Positions 29,828 to 40,613 are shown, numbered from the stretch's first letter. The stretch is DNA of 64,000 bases from Candidatus Bathyarchaeota archaeon (GCA_963720565.1 CAVRFW010000005.1:288001-352000); one strand, 5' to 3'. Translations and numbers: made by a program. The notes: generated by a model not told the origin, from the letters alone.

Positions 29828-31261
29828 TTGAAAGCCAAGGGAATGTTGATGAGTCTACTAACACATGACCGCTTTTGGAATGCTGTAATTAGCTTTCCAA
29901 CCACGAAAAAAATGTTAGACTTATCACTAAAAAAGTGCAGCGTGTGCGGAAGAACCGTTCTTGAAGCTGCACTGGATGATTACATGGGTACCCCTCATCA
30001 GAAGTGCAAAGAGTGCGGTCGCTTCTATTCCAAAATTATAAGATTCTGGATCGAGTTTCTTCGAAGAAGTCTTTCGCTGAAAAGAGAAAAAGTGGAAAAG
30101 CTCTTAGTTGACCCTTATGCGAGGAGGGCAATAATCAATATAGTTCGGTCTTTCAGCCACTTTGGAATAACGAAGCCTCTCTCCATATATGCGCCTTTTC
30201 TCGTCGTATGGGATTTTACGCACCGATGCAATCTAAGATGCAAACACTGTTACTCCAATTCGGGTGCAACTTCAGAGACCGAACTAAACACGAAAGAGGC
30301 GCTCGATGTTGTGGACCAACTCGCGGATTACGGAGTGACCGCCCTCGCTTTTTCAGGAGGGGAGCCCCTGGCTCGCGAGGACTTCTTCAAAGTCGCAAGC
30401 CATGCTGCTAAGCGCGGATTATATGTTTCTTTAGCCACAAACGGAACCATGCTTACTAAAGAAAACGTGAGAAAACTCAAGCAAGCTCAAGTAAACTACG
30501 TGGAAGTAAGTATTGACGGCGCCACAGCACAGACTCACGATTCCTTCCGAGGCGTCACAGGCGCCTTTGAAAAAGCAGTGGCTGGACTAAAGAACTGCGT
30601 GGAAGCAAACCTGTGTGCGTGTATCGCCACTACTGCAACCAAGGGTAACATCAACGAGATGCCCGGCATCTTGGATTTGGCGGAAGAAATCGGAGCGCAA
30701 AGATTTACCTACTTCAACTTTGTTCCGACTGGTCGCGGAAAAATGCACTACGACCAAGACTTATCACCTGAGGAAAGAGAAAAACTCATGATTTACCTCT
30801 TGAATAGAATGTCAAAGGGATGCAAAACGACAATTCTAACAACTGCCCCCCAACTAGCTAGAGTCGCTCTTCAGTGCCAAGGAACGCGGGGAACAGGGGA
30901 AGTAACGTTGTCAATGGCTCATATGCAAACTGCCCGTGTTAGCAAGAAAGCTGTGCCGCTTGGTGATTTTATCGGGGGATGCGGGGCTGGGCGATTGTAC
31001 TGTTCGCTCAGTCCAAATGGTGACGTGCACCCTTGTGTTTTCTTCCCCATTAATGTTGGTAGTCTGAAAACCTCAAAGTTCGGTGAAATTTGGCTCAACA
31101 GTAGTCTCTTCAACGAGTTAAGAGATAGGCGTAACCTAAAGGATGCCTGCGGAAAATGTAGGTACATATACATTTGTGGGGGTTGCCGAGCTAGAGCTTA
31201 TGCATATCATAATGATTATCTATCATCAGACGTTGGTTGTGTTCTGGCAAACAGAGAGTGA
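29828..31261 (+). CDS. Radical SAM/SPASM protein with N-terminal Cys pairs
   Basis: CNLRCKHC, SGGEP, and SPASM cysteines CGAGRLYC...PC...CGKC...CGGCRARA...C. N-terminal CSVC and CKEC. Confidence 0.9.
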   Translation: MKAKGMLMSLLTHDRFWNAVISFPTTKKMLDLSLKKCSVCGRTVLEAALDDYMGTPHQKCKECGRFYSKIIRFWIEFLRRSLSLKREKVEKLLVDPYARRAIINIVRSFSHFGITKPLSIYAPFLVVWDFTHRCNLRCKHCYSNSGATSETELNTKEALDVVDQLADYGVTALAFSGGEPLAREDFFKVASHAAKRGLYVSLATNGTMLTKENVRKLKQAQVNYVEVSIDGATAQTHDSFRGVTGAFEKAVAGLKNCVEANLCACIATTATKGNINEMPGILDLAEEIGAQRFTYFNFVPTGRGKMHYDQDLSPEEREKLMIYLLNRMSKGCKTTILTTAPQLARVALQCQGTRGTGEVTLSMAHMQTARVSKKAVPLGDFIGGCGAGRLYCSLSPNGDVHPCVFFPINVGSLKTSKFGEIWLNSSLFNELRDRRNLKDACGKCRYIYICGGCRARAYAYHNDYLSSDVGCVLANRE

Positions 31262-31273
31262 TGTTGTCACGAG

Positions 31274-32233
31274 ATGAGGCAAACCAGAGTTAAAATAACA
31301 CATGTCAGTGATTCAATTGCCGAATCTATAGATGAAGCGCTGAAAGACTTTCCCGTGCGCAGGAAAAGGAGAATTTTCATCAAGCCAAATATGTCTGACC
31401 CCAGCTACCTACCCGGTGTTGTAACCACACCCCAGCTAGTTTACGAGGTCGTTAGCAGACTACGCAATTCTGCTGAAGAAGTCATCGTTGGAGAATCTAA
31501 CGGATACAACTATCAATGCTGGCAAGCATTCAAGGGAACAGGAATAGAGACCGCTGTTAAGAAAGCCGGCGGCTCTGTGGTCAACTTGTCCGAAGATAAA
31601 GTCGTAGAGGTTAAAATAAGAGACAGCCCCGTAAAACGGCTATTTTTGCCCAAGACTTTGATCGACGCCGATTTTGTCGTGGATATGCCGGTTATGAAAA
31701 CCCATGAGTTCAAGATTTACAGCGGTGCCTTGAAAAACTTGTTTGGTTGTGTGCCAGACGACAGGCGAATCTTCATGCATCATCAACTGGACGAAGTGCT
31801 TTTCCAGCTCTATTCTATTCTCAATCCACAACTAACCGTGATGGATGCTATCGTGGCAATGGAGGGTAACGGACCCACCAAAGGCAAACCTGTAAGGATG
31901 AACTTGATATTGACAGGCAATGACGCGTTAGCGGTTGATATGACTGCAACGAAATTAATGGGAATAGATTGGAAAGAGGTAGATTATTTGAACCACGCCG
32001 CGAAGAAGACTGGTATAGAAACAGAAAGCATCAAGGTGGAGGGTTGTCGCATAGCAGATTACGCACGTAAGTTTGAGTTGGCAAGACGAGATCTTCCAGT
32101 TCAAGCGCAACTCCAAATTTACAAGAGTCCGCTGATGACGAAAGTCTTGTTCTGTCAATTGGGTTTAGTCAAAATCTTCCAGAAAGCTGCTAGTACATAC
32201 AGAAAGGCTGCGGCCAAAGAAACAGCTAGTTAA
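31274..32233 (+). CDS. DUF362 domain protein
   Basis: IFIKPN, VIVGES, MPVMKTH, GALKNLFG and DAIVAMEGNGP. Confidence 0.85.
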   Translation: MRQTRVKITHVSDSIAESIDEALKDFPVRRKRRIFIKPNMSDPSYLPGVVTTPQLVYEVVSRLRNSAEEVIVGESNGYNYQCWQAFKGTGIETAVKKAGGSVVNLSEDKVVEVKIRDSPVKRLFLPKTLIDADFVVDMPVMKTHEFKIYSGALKNLFGCVPDDRRIFMHHQLDEVLFQLYSILNPQLTVMDAIVAMEGNGPTKGKPVRMNLILTGNDALAVDMTATKLMGIDWKEVDYLNHAAKKTGIETESIKVEGCRIADYARKFELARRDLPVQAQLQIYKSPLMTKVLFCQLGLVKIFQKAASTYRKAAAKETAS

Positions 32234-33419
32234 GAGCTTCTTCGTAGACCCTGAGGACTTTCCGTACAATGAGGCGCCAGTCGAACCTTTCCTCGATTAC
32301 TTTTCTTGCGCAAAGAGCTATTTCCGATGCCTCACTAGGATGTTCTAGAAAATACAGAATTCTGTCTGACAGTTCCCGCGGGTTCGAAGGCTGCACTAAA
32401 AAACCGTTCTTGCCGTCTTCAATCATCTCTGGAATACCTCCAACATTCGTTGTCACAACTGGCAAGCCAGTTGCCAATGCTTCCAACACGGCGAAGGGAA
32501 GGTTCTCGTAGAAGGTCGAAAAAGCGAAAACATCCGCTGCCTGATAAAGCATCGGTAACTTCTTGTCTGGATAGTACCCAGTGAATAATATCGTATCTTT
32601 CACCCCGAGTTTCTCTGCGTATGCCACTAATTTCTTCATTTCATTGCTCTGCCCCTTGCCACTGATTATAAACTTGGCGCGGGGGAATCTGCGAGTGACA
32701 GCTGGCATGCTCTCTATTAGCGTAAACAACCCTTTCCGAGCGTAAAGCCTGCCGACCGAGAGAATGGCAATTTCATCTGTTTTCAAGCCAAGCTCCTCTT
32801 TCGCTCTACGTTTGTTACTCGTGGGCTGGAACTTGGTGACGTCGACGCCGTTGTGGATGACGCTAATTTTGTCTTCTTTGACCTTATAGTATTGAAGTAA
32901 CTCGCGCTTTGTGAAGTTGCTCACGGCGATTATCTTGTTTGATTTCTTTAGCATGCTTTCTTCGAAGAGGCGGAGGAACCAGTTGAAGCTAACCATAAAC
33001 TTCTCGTTAGGGTTAAGCCTGCTATAGGGTTCGCCCTTAATCGCTTCAGCTTCGCCCTTCCAAGTCGAGTGAACCGTAGATATTAGCGTCTTGCCAAAGC
33101 CCGTTGGAACCGCGAAATTTGGAACCAGAGGAAGATTAGCATGTGTGATGTCCACAGGAACGCGATTACGGAGACTGTTCAGTTTTCTAAATGACGACCC
33201 AGCAAAAACGAACGATTTTATGATAGGTGTTTTGGATGACTTAAGGAATAAAACAGAAAGCTTCTCGCTGACTCTGACATCCCCGGCTTGGCTGTAACCC
33301 GTAACTACACAAACTGAGTATCCGTGTTTCATGAGTTCTTTGGACAGGTAGTAAACGTAGGCTCCAGTGCCGCCCGACAACGGCAGATATTCTGGAGAGA
33401 TGAAACACACTTTTTTCAT
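32226..33419 (-). CDS. Glycosyltransferase family 4
   Basis: SPEYLPLSGG, IHNGVD, VGRLYARKG and ENLPFAVLEALATGLPVV. Confidence 0.9.
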   Translation of the reverse strand: MKKVCFISPEYLPLSGGTGAYVYYLSKELMKHGYSVCVVTGYSQAGDVRVSEKLSVLFLKSSKTPIIKSFVFAGSSFRKLNSLRNRVPVDITHANLPLVPNFAVPTGFGKTLISTVHSTWKGEAEAIKGEPYSRLNPNEKFMVSFNWFLRLFEESMLKKSNKIIAVSNFTKRELLQYYKVKEDKISVIHNGVDVTKFQPTSNKRRAKEELGLKTDEIAILSVGRLYARKGLFTLIESMPAVTRRFPRAKFIISGKGQSNEMKKLVAYAEKLGVKDTILFTGYYPDKKLPMLYQAADVFAFSTFYENLPFAVLEALATGLPVVTTNVGGIPEMIEDGKNGFLVQPSNPRELSDRILYFLEHPSEASEIALCARKVIEERFDWRLIVRKVLRVYEEALN

Positions 33420-33423
33420 TTAG

Positions 33424-34423
33424 CTACCGCCTGTCTCCTGTTATGTACTTGACTGAAGTAATAACTGCCCCTGCGAACCACGCACAAGATCTGACGAAGT
33501 ACAGTACCACTAGGCGCATAGCTGATTTATCTCTAAACTTGATTGACACCTTAACGGCTGAAAACAAATAGTACGCCAAGATGACCAACAGGAGTCCACC
33601 AGCAAGGTACCAGAAAAACCGGGTGAAGGCTGGAACACCGAGAAAGAAAAGAGCTAGAACTGCAAGAAATAAGATGGGTTGGATGTTCATACCGAAATCG
33701 GTTATTCCATCGCCCTTAGCCAGATTTTTATGTTTGAAGTAGAGCCTGAGAGTATTTTTTCCGTACTGGAGCTGCTGCCGGAAGTATGCACGCAACGTAG
33801 TCCTATTGAAATGGTGACACTTAGCGTTGGAGTCGTAGACTATCTTGTAACCTCTGCTGGTTATTCTGAAGCCAAGGTCTGTATCATACTGGGAAGGCAG
33901 ATTCTCGTCAAACCAACCTACATCTTCTATTATGTGTTTTTTTAGCAGAAGGTTCATGGTGGCAACACGAACAACATACTTTCTCAAGCGGGCATACCTG
34001 TTTCTCAAGTCGTACCCGATGCTTCGCGCCCAAGCATTCTCCGCATTCCATGTTTCTATGCCTCCGCTTACGCCAGCCACTTGTGGGTCATCCAAGTGTG
34101 GAACGAGTTTGGTGAGCCATTCTTTCTCGACTTTTGCGTCAGCGTCGATGAACCCGAGAATTTCGCTATTCGTATGTTTTATGGCATAGTTGTATGCGGC
34201 AGGAGCATTGAGAGGAGTTGAGACAACCCTAGTGGAGTATTCTTTTGCTATCTTAACCGTTGCATCCGTAGAGCCACCGTCGACAATAATTACCTCCAGC
34301 AAATCCTTAGGGTATTCTAGCTCAGAGACTGATTTGAGGCATTCTTCTATTGTCCGCTGGTTGTTGAGTGTTGTTATGATTATCGAGACCTTGGGGTTGG
34401 AAGCATTTTTGGTTATTCTTCAT
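33424..34423 (-). CDS. Glycosyltransferase family 2 with C-terminal TM helices (apparent frameshift at 34406-34410)
   Basis: The frame extends upstream as PKVSIIITTLNNQRTIEECLKS, then IIVDGGSTD, FIDAD and FRQQLQYG. ATG 34423 joins this frame if one base of the A5 run is removed. Confidence 0.85.
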
Positions 34424-35106
34424 CAACCTCCAGTGTAAGCCAGCACTATGGACAACAAAATCTTGAAACCATCAACCAGCGGATCCAAGCCGGATCTTCC
34501 GTATGTCCGTTGCTCGAAGCTTATGGGCACCTCGCTTACTCGAAAATCCCGCCGGGCTATCTTCACCAGCATCTCCGATTCTATCTCGTAACCGCTGGAC
34601 TTCAAATGCATATGCCTCAAGACTCTAGATTTCATCGCGCGATAGCCAGATTGGGAATCGGTAACTGTCTTTTTAGTGAAAAGCCTGATTAGAAAATCGA
34701 ACAGGCTGACGCCGAAGGCGTTGAGTTTTCTGGTTGAAATGGACTTTTGGTTCAAGTATCTTGATCCGATGATGAGGTCAGCCTTTTCGTGTAGTATGGG
34801 AGATAGTAAAAGTGGCAACTCCTCTGGGCGATGTGACCCATCTGAGTCTATTGTTACTATTATTTCACCCTTTGCCTTAGCAAATCCCACTCTCAAGGCA
34901 TACCCCTTGCCCATGTGCTTTCTTAACGAGTACACTTTAACGCCAGTCTTCTTTGAGTTTTCCAGCGATCGGTCTTCTGAACAGTCATCTACAACTATTA
35001 TTTCGATCCCAGAGTCAATTTTTTCTAAAGTCATTTTTACTCTTTCGATTATATTGCCTACTGTCAGTTCCTCGTTGAACACAGGAATTATGACGGAGAT
35101 TAGCAT
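34423..35106 (-). CDS. Glycosyltransferase family 2 (dolichol-phosphate mannosyltransferase-like)
   Basis: ISVIIPVFNEE, VVDDCSED, IDSDGSH, DSQSGYRA and YEIESE. Confidence 0.9.
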   Translation of the reverse strand: MLISVIIPVFNEELTVGNIIERVKMTLEKIDSGIEIIVVDDCSEDRSLENSKKTGVKVYSLRKHMGKGYALRVGFAKAKGEIIVTIDSDGSHRPEELPLLLSPILHEKADLIIGSRYLNQKSISTRKLNAFGVSLFDFLIRLFTKKTVTDSQSGYRAMKSRVLRHMHLKSSGYEIESEMLVKIARRDFRVSEVPISFEQRTYGRSGLDPLVDGFKILLSIVLAYTGG

Positions 35107-35203
35107 CTCTCAGGGACCCATTGCAGTATGATGCTGAATGAAAGAATTTATAAAGTTTGGCTGTGAGTTCTAACTGCTATTTATTGAACCAATACTATAT
35201 AGA

Positions 35204-35776
35204 ATGGAAGAAAGCATGTCTGACAGAATCGAAACAGACCGGACCATGTGGTTTTCGATGTGGTTTTTGGCTTCAATCGCTACTTTTGGTGTTGCGTTCT
35301 TCCCCATGTTCTATCGTCTAATCGAGAATAGAAACAGTCATTTTCGTAGGGAAGCTGACTTGGAAAAGCGGATTGCAGTTTTCGTTAAGAACCAAGGAAG
35401 AGAAGCTCCCGTGACAGTTGATAGGGTTCATGAGATGAATGCAAGGGCATGGGCTGCTGCTATTGTTTTTGTGATTCCTGTTTTTGTTATGGCATATTTC
35501 CTCTCTAAGGATTTGATTGTTCACGAAAAACATCAAGATACGTTCCTGTCAAGTGCGTTCCAAGGGCGCATGTTTATGCCTCAGACCGTGCCGATAAGAA
35601 AATATGTATTGTTAACTATAGTTACTATGGGTTGGGGAATAATCTATTGGCTCTACAAAATTATTAATTTGTATAACGCACACTTTAAGGCGCAGTGGGC
35701 CATAGAAAAAGAGATAGATACAATAATGGAGGATGACAAAAATTGGCAAGCACATGTAGGAAACGCAGGTTTGTGA
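35204..35776 (+). CDS. Membrane protein with duplicated TM-hairpin motif (DUF4234-like)
   Basis: Two similar units: SIATFGVAFFPMFYRLI...NSHF and TIVTMGWGIIYWLYKII...NAHF. Confidence 0.6.
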   Translation: MEESMSDRIETDRTMWFSMWFLASIATFGVAFFPMFYRLIENRNSHFRREADLEKRIAVFVKNQGREAPVTVDRVHEMNARAWAAAIVFVIPVFVMAYFLSKDLIVHEKHQDTFLSSAFQGRMFMPQTVPIRKYVLLTIVTMGWGIIYWLYKIINLYNAHFKAQWAIEKEIDTIMEDDKNWQAHVGNAGL

Positions 35777-36861
35777 GCCATGGCGGAGACGTCTGGGGCT
35801 TTAGCAGAAAATATAATATTCCGATAGAGACAGTGCTTGACTTTAGTGGACCAATTAACTTCCTAGGACCTTCGCCAAAAGCGTTGGAAGCAGTGGTAAA
35901 AAACGCTAGGTTTGTCAGGTTTTATCCTGATCCAAACCCTGTTGAGTTAAGGATGGAAATCGCCAAGTACGTTGGGCATGGTGTTGACGCGGCTAACATC
36001 ATCTTAGGAAATGGTTCGATAGAACTTATCTATATGATCGCGGAAATTTTCCCTCACAACTTCAAAGCTGTTATTCCTGTGCCGTCTTTCACCGAATACG
36101 AGAAAGCGGCATTAAGAGTTGGGGGTGAGCCGATTTTTGTGCAGTTGCCGGACAACTTTGCGTTGGAACCTGAAAAAATTATGAACGCGATAACGGATGA
36201 CACCCGGATATTGTGCATCTGCAACCCGCACAGCCCCTCGGGGACACTCTATAGCAAAGAAACGGTTTTGAAGCTTGTTGAGTTTTGCCATGAGAAGGAT
36301 ATAATCGTTAGTGTGGATGAGAACTACATTGAATTCACAGAAAAAGCTCAAGACTATACCCTGGCGGGCCAAATGCGAGATTATGATAATCTTTTTGTGA
36401 TACGATCAGTCACGAAATTCTATGGCATGCCAGGCATACGCTTCGGATACGGCATAGCTACTGAAGGGCTTATCGATACTCTTCAAACAGTCAGACAGCC
36501 ATGGAGCATCAATAGTCTGGCAGGTTTTGCAACGTCGGCAGCGTTCAAAGACAAAGAATTTATCGAAAATACCCGGCTTACTATTGCCAAGCAAAGAACA
36601 CAATTTGCCCAAATGCTCAGTCAAATTGGTGATTTGCACGTGTTTCCATCTGAGACTAATTTTCTGCTAGTAAAAATTCTTAACAGGAAAACAACATCAA
36701 CCGCATTGCGGGAAAAAATGGCTGAAAGGGGCATTCTGATCAGAGACTGCAGTACATTTGTAGGGCTAGATGACAGCTACTTCCGAGTTACCGTTAGGTC
36801 GGCTGAAGACAACAGAAAGCTTGTGAGAACCATGGAAAACATAATCAAAAAAGGAAAATAG
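35773..36861 (+). CDS. Threonine-phosphate decarboxylase (CobD) / HisC-like PLP enzyme
   Basis: HGGDVW, LDFSGPINFLG, GNGSIELI, CNPHSPSG and RSVTKFYGMPGIRFGY. GTG start overlaps the upstream stop. Confidence 0.8.
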   Translation: MSHGGDVWGFSRKYNIPIETVLDFSGPINFLGPSPKALEAVVKNARFVRFYPDPNPVELRMEIAKYVGHGVDAANIILGNGSIELIYMIAEIFPHNFKAVIPVPSFTEYEKAALRVGGEPIFVQLPDNFALEPEKIMNAITDDTRILCICNPHSPSGTLYSKETVLKLVEFCHEKDIIVSVDENYIEFTEKAQDYTLAGQMRDYDNLFVIRSVTKFYGMPGIRFGYGIATEGLIDTLQTVRQPWSINSLAGFATSAAFKDKEFIENTRLTIAKQRTQFAQMLSQIGDLHVFPSETNFLLVKILNRKTTSTALREKMAERGILIRDCSTFVGLDDSYFRVTVRSAEDNRKLVRTMENIIKKGK

Positions 36862-37002
36862 AACGTGGCAAGTCGGAAAGCTCCGAAATATCAAATTAAC
36901 CTTTCGTTCAGTTTTTGCCATTTGTTTCATGTGTGGGTTAATGCAAAAACTTGTTGGTAGCAAAGGAAATAATCTACCATGCAGCTTGGAAATTGGCTAA
37001 TG

Positions 37003-38376
37003 TTACTTTGAAAAATAGGTTGGGGCTTTTTTCAAGACTTTTAAGAAACCCTCACGCTTCATCTTTCTGAAAATTCTCCGGGGCGACTTGTTGAAGTTTC
37101 CGTGAAATCGCCTCTGAATTTCAAGCAGCGATTCATAATTGAACTCTTTTGTTTTTACGTAGGCTACGAAATCTTCAACACGGTCGTAGAGATGGTTCTG
37201 AATCACTTCTTCGTACAAGCTACTTCCTGGGACAGCTACAAAAACGTTGAATCTACACCAGTCAGGATCCAACTTTCTGGCAAACTTGAAGGTGGCGTTC
37301 ATGTCATCGACTGTTTCGCCGGGTATCCCGAGTATGAAGGAGCACGCGGTCTGAATCCCTTCTGCCCTGCAAATCTTGAATGCCTTTTCTGTTTGTTCAA
37401 GTGTAATGCCCTTGTTGATTTTTTCCAAAATTCGGGGCGACCCTGATTCTCCGCCAAACCATATTGTTTTGCAACCAGCTGCTTTCATTTCTCTTAGCAT
37501 TTCTCTTGAGATCATGTCCACGCGGGTGTCACAAACCCATTCAATTTCGAGTTGGCTTTTCTTCATTAAGGTGCATAGCTCAATTGTCTCTTTTTTTCGA
37601 ATGGTGAAATTGTCATTAATGAAGTAGATTCCTTTCGTGCCATAGTTTGCGATTAAATGCTTAATCTCCTCTACCACTCTTCGGGGGCTAAAAGAACGGC
37701 ACGTTTTTCCCCACAGTTGACGCGTCTCACAAAAAGCACAATTGAAAGGGCACCCTCGCATTATGTTCATGTTATCCACAGGTTTAACGTCTAGATACTC
37801 AATTGCTCTGTCGTAAAGGTGCATTGGCAACAAGTGTCGAGCTGGAAAAGGGAGTTCGTCCAAGTTGCTGATGAATGTGGCGGGCGTTTTCACTATTTTC
37901 CCTTTCCGTCTAGAGGCAACACCCGGTATTGCTGCAATAACTCCTTCTTCCGCGCCTTTGGAGAGGCATGTTGTAAGCTCAACCATCGCGCGTTCTCCTT
38001 CCCCCATTACCGCGAAGTCGATCTCAGGATGTTGTAACATGCTGTCCGGTTCGTATGAGGGATGCCATCCTCCGACCACTATCTTGCAAGAAGGAAGAAC
38101 TTGCTTTATTGCTTTAGCCGTTTCAACACATCGGCCATAGGTTGCTGAACCACATGTTATTCCCACAATCTCAGGGTTCAGTTTCGCTACTTTTAGTTTG
38201 ACTTCGTCAATTGGCCTTTCAAGCAGGTAGTTGTCAAAAACTTCCACTTGAAATCCTGCTTCTTCAAGAGCAGCGGCAACATAAGCAAGACCTAAGGGCA
38301 GAAATCCCCTTCCGTGAATCCATGGACCTGATGCAGGAGGCGCCGTGGTCATTAGTAAGATCACTTGTTGGTACAT
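37003..38376 (-). CDS. B12-binding radical SAM protein (class B methyltransferase-like)
   Basis: PLGLAYVAAAL, VVGGWHPS, GEGE, RGCPFNCAFC, GGESGS and FILGIPGET. Confidence 0.9.
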   Translation of the reverse strand: MYQQVILLMTTAPPASGPWIHGRGFLPLGLAYVAAALEEAGFQVEVFDNYLLERPIDEVKLKVAKLNPEIVGITCGSATYGRCVETAKAIKQVLPSCKIVVGGWHPSYEPDSMLQHPEIDFAVMGEGERAMVELTTCLSKGAEEGVIAAIPGVASRRKGKIVKTPATFISNLDELPFPARHLLPMHLYDRAIEYLDVKPVDNMNIMRGCPFNCAFCETRQLWGKTCRSFSPRRVVEEIKHLIANYGTKGIYFINDNFTIRKKETIELCTLMKKSQLEIEWVCDTRVDMISREMLREMKAAGCKTIWFGGESGSPRILEKINKGITLEQTEKAFKICRAEGIQTACSFILGIPGETVDDMNATFKFARKLDPDWCRFNVFVAVPGSSLYEEVIQNHLYDRVEDFVAYVKTKEFNYESLLEIQRRFHGNFNKSPRRIFRKMKREGFLKVLKKAPTYFSK

Positions 38377-38719
38377 CCCTTGTTTTTGAAAGCTGTGCAA
38401 TACACGCTGAATCTTTTAGATAAAAAGTTACTAAAATAATAACCTTTACTCAATAGCGTTTTCAGACGAGAATTCACTTCCAAACATAACTTATGAAGCT
38501 GTTTTTCCTTAACGCCAGAAATTCTGGAGGGTGTCTCAATACGGGTGCAGTTGGTACGCCTATAGAGCTATGTTAGAGCGACAGGATAATGGCAAATGAG
38601 GTCAATTCCAGTTTTTCTTCGGTCTTATCTCTGGATGCGGAAACAGTGGCGATATTCCGTTACTGTTATTTGGCAATTGTAGATTATTACGAAAATCGTA
38701 AAATGATTAATGAAAACGG

Positions 38720-38732
38720 AAAGATTTAAATA
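38720..38732 (+). promoter_or_regulatory. BRE/TATA promoter of the dap/lys operon
   Basis: AAAGA-TTTAAATA about 45 bp upstream of the dapA ATG. Confidence 0.5.
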
Positions 38733-38774
38733 AATAGTTGCTAGAAGTAAGCCTCCGAATGAGGAAAGAATGTC

Positions 38775-39812
38775 ATGACAGTGTTTAGCGGTTGCTACAC
38801 AGCACTAATTACTCCTATGACAAATATCGGTGAAGTGAATTACGAAGGTTTACGCACTCTAATAGACTACCAAGTCAAAGAAGGCGTAAACGGGATTCTG
38901 GCTGTTGGCACTACCGGAGAAAGCCCCACGCTAGACTGGAACGAACACCACAAAGTCACCGAAAGAACATACGAATATGCAGATGGACGTTGCCAAACCA
39001 TAGCGGGAACGGGAAGCAACTCGACACAAGAAGCCATAGAAGGAACAGCACACGCGCAACACGTTGGCATAGACTGCGTCTTGCTCGTTGACCCGTACTA
39101 CAATGGACCTAGCAGCTTGGAAATACGCAAGGAATATTTCGAACCAATAGCTCGAAAATTCCCAAAAGTACAAGTGATCCCTTACGTAATCCCTGGCAGA
39201 ACCGGAACACAGCTCTTGCCACAGGATATTGCCACACTTTATCAACAGTACCCCAACGTTAGCACTGTTAAAGAAGCAACTGGTGACCTCGAAAATATGC
39301 GACTCACTAGAAGACTCTGTGGTGCAGACTTCAACATACTATCAGGTGATGACGACAAAACCTTCACTATGATGATAACGCCTGAAATCAAATCTACTGG
39401 TGTTATCTCGGTCATAAGCAACATTGCACCACGTGCCGTGCAAAATATGACTCAATATTTATTGAAGGGTAAGATAGAGGAAGCAAGAAAAATCCATGAT
39501 GCTCTGCAACCGCTCTTTAGCATAGTCACTGTGAAAACACAAGAACAGACACCTTTTGGTCCAGTAACCTGCAAGGCGCGAAACCCTCTCGCATGCAAGA
39601 CGCTCATGAATATTCTAGGTATGCCTTCAGGTCCATGCAGGCAACCATTAGGGAAGATGACACAAAATGGTCTCGAAATAGTCCTTGCTAACGCTAGGAA
39701 GGTCTACGAGAACAACCCAGAAATCCTTTATCCAATTGAAGACTTCTTCAGCGTAAGCCTCAAAGACCGCTTGTACCAAGAAAAGTTTTGGAAGGGACTT
39801 ACATATGCTTAA
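38775..39812 (+). CDS. dapA: 4-hydroxy-tetrahydrodipicolinate synthase
   Basis: TALITP, GTTGESPTL, GTGSNST, PYYN, IPGRTG, VKEATG and ILSGDD. Confidence 0.92.
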   Translation: MTVFSGCYTALITPMTNIGEVNYEGLRTLIDYQVKEGVNGILAVGTTGESPTLDWNEHHKVTERTYEYADGRCQTIAGTGSNSTQEAIEGTAHAQHVGIDCVLLVDPYYNGPSSLEIRKEYFEPIARKFPKVQVIPYVIPGRTGTQLLPQDIATLYQQYPNVSTVKEATGDLENMRLTRRLCGADFNILSGDDDKTFTMMITPEIKSTGVISVISNIAPRAVQNMTQYLLKGKIEEARKIHDALQPLFSIVTVKTQEQTPFGPVTCKARNPLACKTLMNILGMPSGPCRQPLGKMTQNGLEIVLANARKVYENNPEILYPIEDFFSVSLKDRLYQEKFWKGLTYA

Positions 39813-40602
39813 GTTGTGTGTAGCTGGTGCGGCAGGTAGAATGGGTGAGGCAATCATTCGTGAAGCATCAGCCAAAGGGTACCAGATAGTCGGAGCAATC
39901 GATGCCTCAGACAATCCATCTCTCGGCAGAAGCCTAAAAGAAATGGGAATATGCGACTCTGACACACGAATCATCGGTGTAGAGAAAATCAGCGACGCCG
40001 TTCAGGATGCAGACGTTTACGTGACCTTCACAGCACCATATGCCGAAGTTGCTAATTTGCCTCTTGTTGCCCGCCTCGGCAAACGCATTGTATTAGGTAC
40101 GACGGGCTTTACAGAAGAGCAATCACGTTTAATCAGAAACGAAGTTAAAGATCGGGTTCCAGCTGTGTTCTCACCGAACTACTCAGTTGGAGTAAACATT
40201 TTCTTTAAACTCGCCCGGGCTTTGAAAGCGTTTCCGCAAGACTATACTTTCAGCATTAGCGAAATTCACCACACGGGCAAAAAAGACGCGCCAAGCGGAA
40301 CCGCGAAAAAACTAGGTGAAATAATATCTGATTCACGCGGTTACACGCGAACAATATACGGACGAGAGGGCATAAGTCCGAGGATGCCCGAAGAACTAGA
40401 AATCGCAGCATTACGCGCAGGTGGTGTTCCTGGAATCCACAGTCTTATTGTAGCGGGACAGCACGAGATGCTTCGTATAGAACATACTGCATTTTCCCGC
40501 AGCGTTTTCGCTCAAGGTGCAATCTACGCGGCAGAATGGCTAAGTCGCCAAACACAGCCAGGAATTTACAGTATGGAAGATGTCCTGGGTCTTTCGCAGT
40601 AA
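39805..40602 (+). CDS. dapB: 4-hydroxy-tetrahydrodipicolinate reductase
   Basis: GAAGRMG, GTTG, PNYSVG and EIHHTGKKDAPSGTA. Confidence 0.95.
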   Translation: MLKLCVAGAAGRMGEAIIREASAKGYQIVGAIDASDNPSLGRSLKEMGICDSDTRIIGVEKISDAVQDADVYVTFTAPYAEVANLPLVARLGKRIVLGTTGFTEEQSRLIRNEVKDRVPAVFSPNYSVGVNIFFKLARALKAFPQDYTFSISEIHHTGKKDAPSGTAKKLGEIISDSRGYTRTIYGREGISPRMPEELEIAALRAGGVPGIHSLIVAGQHEMLRIEHTAFSRSVFAQGAIYAAEWLSRQTQPGIYSMEDVLGLSQ

Positions 40603-40613
40603 GGTGGAAGCAA

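Noticed and set aside
38401..38774. Lysine riboswitch upstream of dapA
   Set aside because: No recognisable L-box elements, and a TATA box lies about 45 bp from the start, leaving no room for a long leader.
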